Source: an uncultured archaeon (GTDB lineage: Archaea; Thermoproteota; Nitrososphaeria; Nitrososphaerales; Gagatemarchaeaceae). From it: a DNA stretch of 64,000 bases. Position 1 is the first letter of the stretch; the number at the start of each line of letters is the position of its first letter. Below, in pieces: positions 59,275 through 64,000 of this stretch. Both the position numbers and the translations under genes were made by a program. The stretch is from assembly GCA_963817525.1 (NCBI GenBank), contig CAWFOU010000001.1:768001-832000 (forward strand). Direction: 5' to 3'. The notes beneath the pieces were generated by a model. That model made no database searches and was not told the origin of the DNA. It saw only the letters and a list, made by a program, of their open reading frames with translations.

Positions 59275-60066
59275 TCAGAAGACGGAGCTCAAGTAGCCGC
59301 CGTCGATCGTGAACATCGCCCCGTTCAGGTAGGCCCCCTTCTCGCTCGCGATGAAGGCGGCCAGGGCGCCGACCTCCTCAGGCTCTCCATACCTCCCGAG
59401 GGGGATGCCCTTGACCATCTCTCTGAGGGCCTCCTCGACCGTGGTCCCCGTCTTGGCGGCCCGATCCTCCACGAGGTGGAGGGTCCGGTCGGTCCTCACG
59501 TATCCCTGGATTATGCCGTTGGAGGTGATCCCAAGGGGGGCGAACTCCCTCGAGAGCGACTTTGAGAGCCCGGCGATCCCCAGCCTCACCGTATTCGAGA
59601 GGACGAGGTTCGCTATGGGCTGCTTCAGCGTCAAAGACGTGATGTAGATGAGCCGCCCCCACTTTTTGGCTGTCATGTAAGGGATTACCGCCTGGGTGAG
59701 CGTCACCGCGCTCAGGAGCAGGAGCTTGGTGGCCTCCTCCCAGTCCGCGTAGGTAAGCTCAGCGAAGGTCCCGGGCTTCGGCGGGCCTGTGTTGTACACG
59801 AGGACGTCCACGCCCCCGAACCTCCTCGAGGCCTCGTCCACCAGGCGCACCAGGTCTGCCCGGACGGTCATGTCGGCAGGGATGGCGAGCACCTCGGCCC
59901 CGGTCTCCCGGACCAGGCTCTCGCTGGCCTTCTCGAGGTTGGCAGGGCTCCTCGAAGAGATCACGAGCCGCATCCCTTCGCGGGCCAGGATCTTCGCAGT
60001 GCCCAGCCCTATCCCCTTGCTGGCCGCGGTGACCAGCGCGACCTTCCCTTCGAGGCCTAGGTCCAC
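59275..60066 (-). CDS. short-chain dehydrogenase/reductase
   Basis: TAASKGIG, NTGPP, IDGG. Confidence 0.9.
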   Translation of the reverse strand: MDLGLEGKVALVTAASKGIGLGTAKILAREGMRLVISSRSPANLEKASESLVRETGAEVLAIPADMTVRADLVRLVDEASRRFGGVDVLVYNTGPPKPGTFAELTYADWEEATKLLLLSAVTLTQAVIPYMTAKKWGRLIYITSLTLKQPIANLVLSNTVRLGIAGLSKSLSREFAPLGITSNGIIQGYVRTDRTLHLVEDRAAKTGTTVEEALREMVKGIPLGRYGEPEEVGALAAFIASEKGAYLNGAMFTIDGGYLSSVF

Positions 60067-60070
60067 TGGC

Positions 60071-61168
60071 TCAGTCCTCGCGCCATTTGAAGAACCTCAC
60101 AGCGAGGGCGAAGATGACCGCGGAGAGCACCACCAAGACCCCCACGTCCACCAGCGCGGCCGAATAGTTGCTGTAGAGCATCACATTGTTGAGGCCGTCG
60201 ATGACGTAGAATAGTGGTAGGACGTGCGCGACGGTCTGAAGGTAGTTCGGCATGGACGAGACCGGGAAGAACGTCCCCGACAGGAACATCATCGGGAAGG
60301 TGATCAGGTTGCCCACGACGGCTGCGGATTCGACGCTCTTTGAGACCGTCCCGACCAGCATCCCCAGCGAGACGAAGAGGAATGGCCCGAGGACAAGGAA
60401 GGGGATTATCCCCAGAGTGTAAGTGATGTGGGCCCCGAAGAAGAGCGTCCCGGCAGTGGTCATCAGGAAGAAGGAGACGAACGTGAGGAGGATGTACCAG
60501 GTGATCTTGGAGATGAGCCATTCCGTCTTGGTGAGCGGAGTGAGCGAGAGCTGCTTGAAGATCTTGTCCCTCTTGTACTGGGAGCTGATATTCACAAGCG
60601 CGAACATCGGGCTCGTGAGCACAGAGAAGCCGATGAGACCGGGCACGAGGTAGTCGATGTACTTGAAGCTCTTCGACGCGACCGAGACTTGCGTTGTGCC
60701 CACTATCGCGCTGGCGCCCGCCGCCTTCAGGTTGAACTCGCTGACGACCGCTTGGGTGACACCCACCACTGCCCCGAAGACGCTCGAGGTGGGATTGCCA
60801 AAGATTGTGACGTCCACCGGCGTTTTGTTCGCTAGGGCCGCCTCAAACCCAGAGGGGATCTGGATCCCGGTGGTGCCTGAGTGTGCAGCGAGGTATTGCG
60901 TGAAGTTGCTCCCAGGAGTGACAAGAGTGATTGACATTGCGTTGGTCGAGTTGAGCGCGGTGATGAATCCCAGACTCGCGGTGGAGTTGTCGTCGTTGTT
61001 CTGGACGAAGACCGGCACGGTGCTCGAGCCGGTGTTCGAGAAGATCGCCCCGAAGAGGAGTATGAGGATGATGGGGAAGATGAGCGAGAAGAAGAGCCCA
61101 ATCCGCGCCCTGACGTAGCCGCGCCCGAACACGGTCAGGTCAGCCCTGATACGCCTGAAGCTGACCAA
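60071..61168 (-). CDS. ABC-2 permease
   Basis: TM, extracellular domain, PMMFLSGTFFP. Confidence 0.88.
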   Translation of the reverse strand: MVSFRRIRADLTVFGRGYVRARIGLFFSLIFPIILILLFGAIFSNTGSSTVPVFVQNNDDNSTASLGFITALNSTNAMSITLVTPGSNFTQYLAAHSGTTGIQIPSGFEAALANKTPVDVTIFGNPTSSVFGAVVGVTQAVVSEFNLKAAGASAIVGTTQVSVASKSFKYIDYLVPGLIGFSVLTSPMFALVNISSQYKRDKIFKQLSLTPLTKTEWLISKITWYILLTFVSFFLMTTAGTLFFGAHITYTLGIIPFLVLGPFLFVSLGMLVGTVSKSVESAAVVGNLITFPMMFLSGTFFPVSSMPNYLQTVAHVLPLFYVIDGLNNVMLYSNYSAALVDVGVLVVLSAVIFALAVRFFKWRED

Positions 61169-61169
61169 G

Positions 61170-61934
61170 CTAGAACCCTCTCCGAGGACGGGTCGGGGCA
61201 GCCTCCGCCCCCGTGTCCTCGCCGACGAGCTTGACGAAGACGTCCTCGAGGCTCTCGCCCGACTTTCCCGAGCCGTGCTGGGCGATTATCTCGACGGGCG
61301 TCCCTGAGGCGATTATCTTTCCGTGATCCATGATGGCCACCTCGTCCGCGAGCTCCTCGGCCTCCTCGAGGTAGTGCGTGGTGAGCAGGACGCTCCTGTC
61401 CTCGCTCTTCAGGTTGCGGATGACCTCCCAGACCGCCCTCCTGGCCTGGGGGTCGAGCCCGGTCGTAGGCTCGTCGAGGAAGACCAGCTGGGGGTCGTTC
61501 ACGAGCGAGAGCGCGAGCCCCACCTTCTGCTTCTGCCCTCCGGATAGCTTCGAGAAATATACGTCCGCCGAGTCCTCGAGGATGACACGCTTGAGGATCG
61601 CTTCAGCGTCTGCCGTGACCCCGAAGAGATCCGCGTAGTACTTGATGGCCTCCCTCGGTGTCGCGTAGTCGACGAACTTGAAGCCCTGGGGGATGACTCC
61701 GATCTTCTTGTGCAGCTCGTACCCTTGCTTCCACGGGTCGAATCCGAGGACCTTGACCTCTCCCCCGTCCCGCTCCCTTAGCCCTTCGAGTATCTCGATG
61801 GTTGTCGTCTTTCCAGCCCCGTTCGGCCCTAGGAGCGAGAAGACCTCGCCGTCGTCGACAGAGAAGGATACGCCGTTCACGGCCTGAAGGGATCCGTAGG
61901 CTTTCATGAGCGACGAGACCTCGATGTTCGCCAT
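61170..61934 (-). CDS. ABC ATP-binding protein
   Basis: GPNGAGKTT, LSGGQ, DEPTTGLD. Confidence 0.92.
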   Translation of the reverse strand: MANIEVSSLMKAYGSLQAVNGVSFSVDDGEVFSLLGPNGAGKTTTIEILEGLRERDGGEVKVLGFDPWKQGYELHKKIGVIPQGFKFVDYATPREAIKYYADLFGVTADAEAILKRVILEDSADVYFSKLSGGQKQKVGLALSLVNDPQLVFLDEPTTGLDPQARRAVWEVIRNLKSEDRSVLLTTHYLEEAEELADEVAIMDHGKIIASGTPVEIIAQHGSGKSGESLEDVFVKLVGEDTGAEAAPTRPRRGF

Positions 61935-62030
61935 CAGGATTGCGAATCGACGCTGACCTCTTTACTTCTTTAACCTATTGTTACCGTGCGGGCAATTCTT
62001 ATAGCGACCCGAGGAGAAACGCCGCTTCGG

Positions 62031-62402
62031 ATGCCGGCCGACTATCTTCTAGCCTACGACGCCGAATGCGGCCCCTGCTCGCGGTTCAAGGCCGTCGTGA
62101 GCTTCCTCGACGCGAAGGGGAGGCTCGAGTTCGCGTCGCTCGGGGAGGCCGACAAGGTGGGCGCGCTGGCGGCCGTTGAGCCGGCGCTGAGGTATCGCTC
62201 CTTCCACCTAGTCTCTTCGGGAAAGGGGACGCAGAGCGGCGCCGAGGCGCTTCTGCCTCTCGTCCGGGTGCTGATCCCGAGAGGCGCGGCGCTCACCCGC
62301 GGCCTCGAGAGGGTCCCAGGGTTCCGACGGACTGTCGCCTTCGGCTACGCCGCGCTGTCGAGGCTCCACGACTCTGGCTCTTGCGGCACGGGGGGGCGCT
62401 AG
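62031..62402 (+). CDS. DCC1-like thiol-disulfide oxidoreductase
   Basis: YDAECGPC (DxxCxxC). Confidence 0.75.
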   Translation: MPADYLLAYDAECGPCSRFKAVVSFLDAKGRLEFASLGEADKVGALAAVEPALRYRSFHLVSSGKGTQSGAEALLPLVRVLIPRGAALTRGLERVPGFRRTVAFGYAALSRLHDSGSCGTGGR

Positions 62403-62405
62403 AGA

Positions 62406-63380
62406 TTGGCTCGCACCGCAGGGCAGGAGGAGGCGGCGATGGAGTGGCTCCTGGAGGAGACGGAGCCCTCGGTCCGCTATCTCGCGCTCACGCAGCTCCT
62501 AGGGAAGACAGAGAAGGACCCCGAAGTAAAGGCCGCGAAGGCGAGCATAGGCAAGAACGAGGGCTGGGCCGCCCAGATTCTGGCGAAGCAAAAGCCCGGC
62601 GGGTGGTGGGTCCATCAGGAGAACCTCTATCGCCCCAAGTACCTCTCGACGAACTGGATGCTCCTCATCCTCTCGGACTTGGGGATGACCAAGGGCGACC
62701 CGAGGATCGGGAGGGCCGCCGAGCTGTGGAGGGACAGGTTCTCAAAGCCGGACGGCGGGTTCGGCTCTGATGGCGCGAGCAGGAGCCACCTGTGCATAGC
62801 GGGGAACACAGCGAGAGGCCTAATCAAGTTCGGTTACGCGGAGGACCCGAAGGTCAAGAGCGCGCTCGAGTGGCTCGTGAAGGAACAGTCTAGCAACGGC
62901 GGGTGGTCGTGCTACGGCTCGGGCGGGAACCTGGACTCGTGGGAGGGGATGAGCGCCTTCGCGGCCCTCCCCAAGCAGCAGTGGACGAAGGGCATCAAGA
63001 GCGCCGTCGAAAAGGGTGCCGAGTTCTACCTCCGCAAGTCGATGGACCAGCAGGGTGCGCGCTATGAGCCCTGGTATAGGTTCCACTACCCCGTCCACTA
63101 CTACTACGACCTTCTGGTCGGCCTCGACTTCATGACCGCGCTGGGGTACGGCGGCGACAAGAGGTTGGCGGGCGCGGTCGCCCTGCTGAAGGAGAAGAGG
63201 GGTCCCGACGGCAGGTGGGATCTGGACAGGGTCCACCCCGACGTGGAGGGGGCGATGTCAGAGTGGTACTCGAAGCACGTGAACCAGGCCCCGACCCCCT
63301 TCGCGCTCGAGAAGCCGGGGCGGCGGAGCAAGATGGTGACCCTACGCGCGATGACCGTGCTGCGCAGGCTCGGCGAGTGA
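62406..63380 (+). CDS. prenyltransferase/squalene-cyclase repeat protein
   Basis: QKPGGWW, QSSNGGW repeats, YPVHYYYD. Confidence 0.75.
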   Translation: MARTAGQEEAAMEWLLEETEPSVRYLALTQLLGKTEKDPEVKAAKASIGKNEGWAAQILAKQKPGGWWVHQENLYRPKYLSTNWMLLILSDLGMTKGDPRIGRAAELWRDRFSKPDGGFGSDGASRSHLCIAGNTARGLIKFGYAEDPKVKSALEWLVKEQSSNGGWSCYGSGGNLDSWEGMSAFAALPKQQWTKGIKSAVEKGAEFYLRKSMDQQGARYEPWYRFHYPVHYYYDLLVGLDFMTALGYGGDKRLAGAVALLKEKRGPDGRWDLDRVHPDVEGAMSEWYSKHVNQAPTPFALEKPGRRSKMVTLRAMTVLRRLGE

Positions 63381-63461
63381 TGGCAGGGGGGCGCGTCCGG
63401 GTCCGACGGTCGCGCGGGCCGGAACAACCTATAAATCGACTCGCTCGCGCGAGAGTTTTGA

Positions 63462-64000
63462 TTGAGGCTATCGCTCTCGAACTTCCTATGTCTGGCGATC
63501 GCCCTTCTGATCGTCATCCCCTCAGGGACGCCATCGGCGGCCGCAGGCGTGGCTCCCGGCCAGGCTGCCTCAGCAGCCTCGTTGGAGCTCGACCTCAAGC
63601 CGGCCCAGGTCCCCGAGTCCACGGTCCTCAACACGATGGTCCTCTTCGCCACGGTCACCAGCGGCGGTCAGCCCATCCCTAACGCCACCGTGGCGTTCAG
63701 CGACGCGTTCGGCTCGACCTTCACGCCCCCAACTGCCTCCGCGAACGCCTCCGGTATCGCGGTCACGGAGATGCTATTCATCGACCCCAACCCCTTCAAC
63801 GACAACATCACGGCCGTCGCGACCGACCCTGGATACAGCCCGGCGAACGCGACGGTCGTGGTCTACGTCCAGCCCCTCTCCAACCAGCAGCTGGCGGTCA
63901 CGGCAACGGTCGTGAATGACGCCGCTTCGGGAGGGAGCAGCGAGGTGATCCAGGGATACGTAGGGACGGTCTATTCCTCATCAACAAAGTGGCACGGGGT
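63462..64000 (+). CDS. secreted Ig-like repeat protein (runs off window)
   Basis: TTG start, signal peptide, ATVTSGGQPIPNATVAF...NASGIA Big_1-like motif. Confidence 0.65.
   Translation, partial: MRLSLSNFLCLAIALLIVIPSGTPSAAAGVAPGQAASAASLELDLKPAQVPESTVLNTMVLFATVTSGGQPIPNATVAFSDAFGSTFTPPTASANASGIAVTEMLFIDPNPFNDNITAVATDPGYSPANATVVVYVQPLSNQQLAVTATVVNDAASGGSSEVIQGYVGTVYSSSTKWHG

Overview
Archaeal chromosome segment, most likely TACK/Nitrososphaerota-like (archaeal-type ArgRS, tRNA-Gln with an A1-U72 pair, AbrB-PhoU regulator; lineage is inference). The right half (about 30.5-64 kb) is mostly GC-rich housekeeping DNA: galU, thiI, an M1 aminopeptidase, tldD/tldE, folP-folK-folB plus a CADD-like protein, an isocitrate/isopropylmalate dehydrogenase, pstSCAB-phoU and an ABC exporter. 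The main discovery is a ~24 kb integron-like array running from the 3' end of tRNA-Gln(CTG) (5832-5904) to about 30245. At least 14 intergenic, same-orientation junction sites each end in a copy of the tRNA-Gln 3' end (CCTGGACGGGCTA), preceded by one of three conserved non-tRNA arm types. They cut the region into ~13 small cassettes of 0.7-3.8 kb: three AbrB/PIN toxin-antitoxin pairs, a P3A proton ATPase, ABC exporters, regulators with redox enzymes, and surface proteins. Related internal sites carry 3' ends of other tRNAs, and one module copies the DNA directly behind tRNA-Arg(CCG) (3183-3261), suggesting cassette traffic between several tRNA loci. No integrase or transposase is visible in the window. 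All alignments were made by eye.
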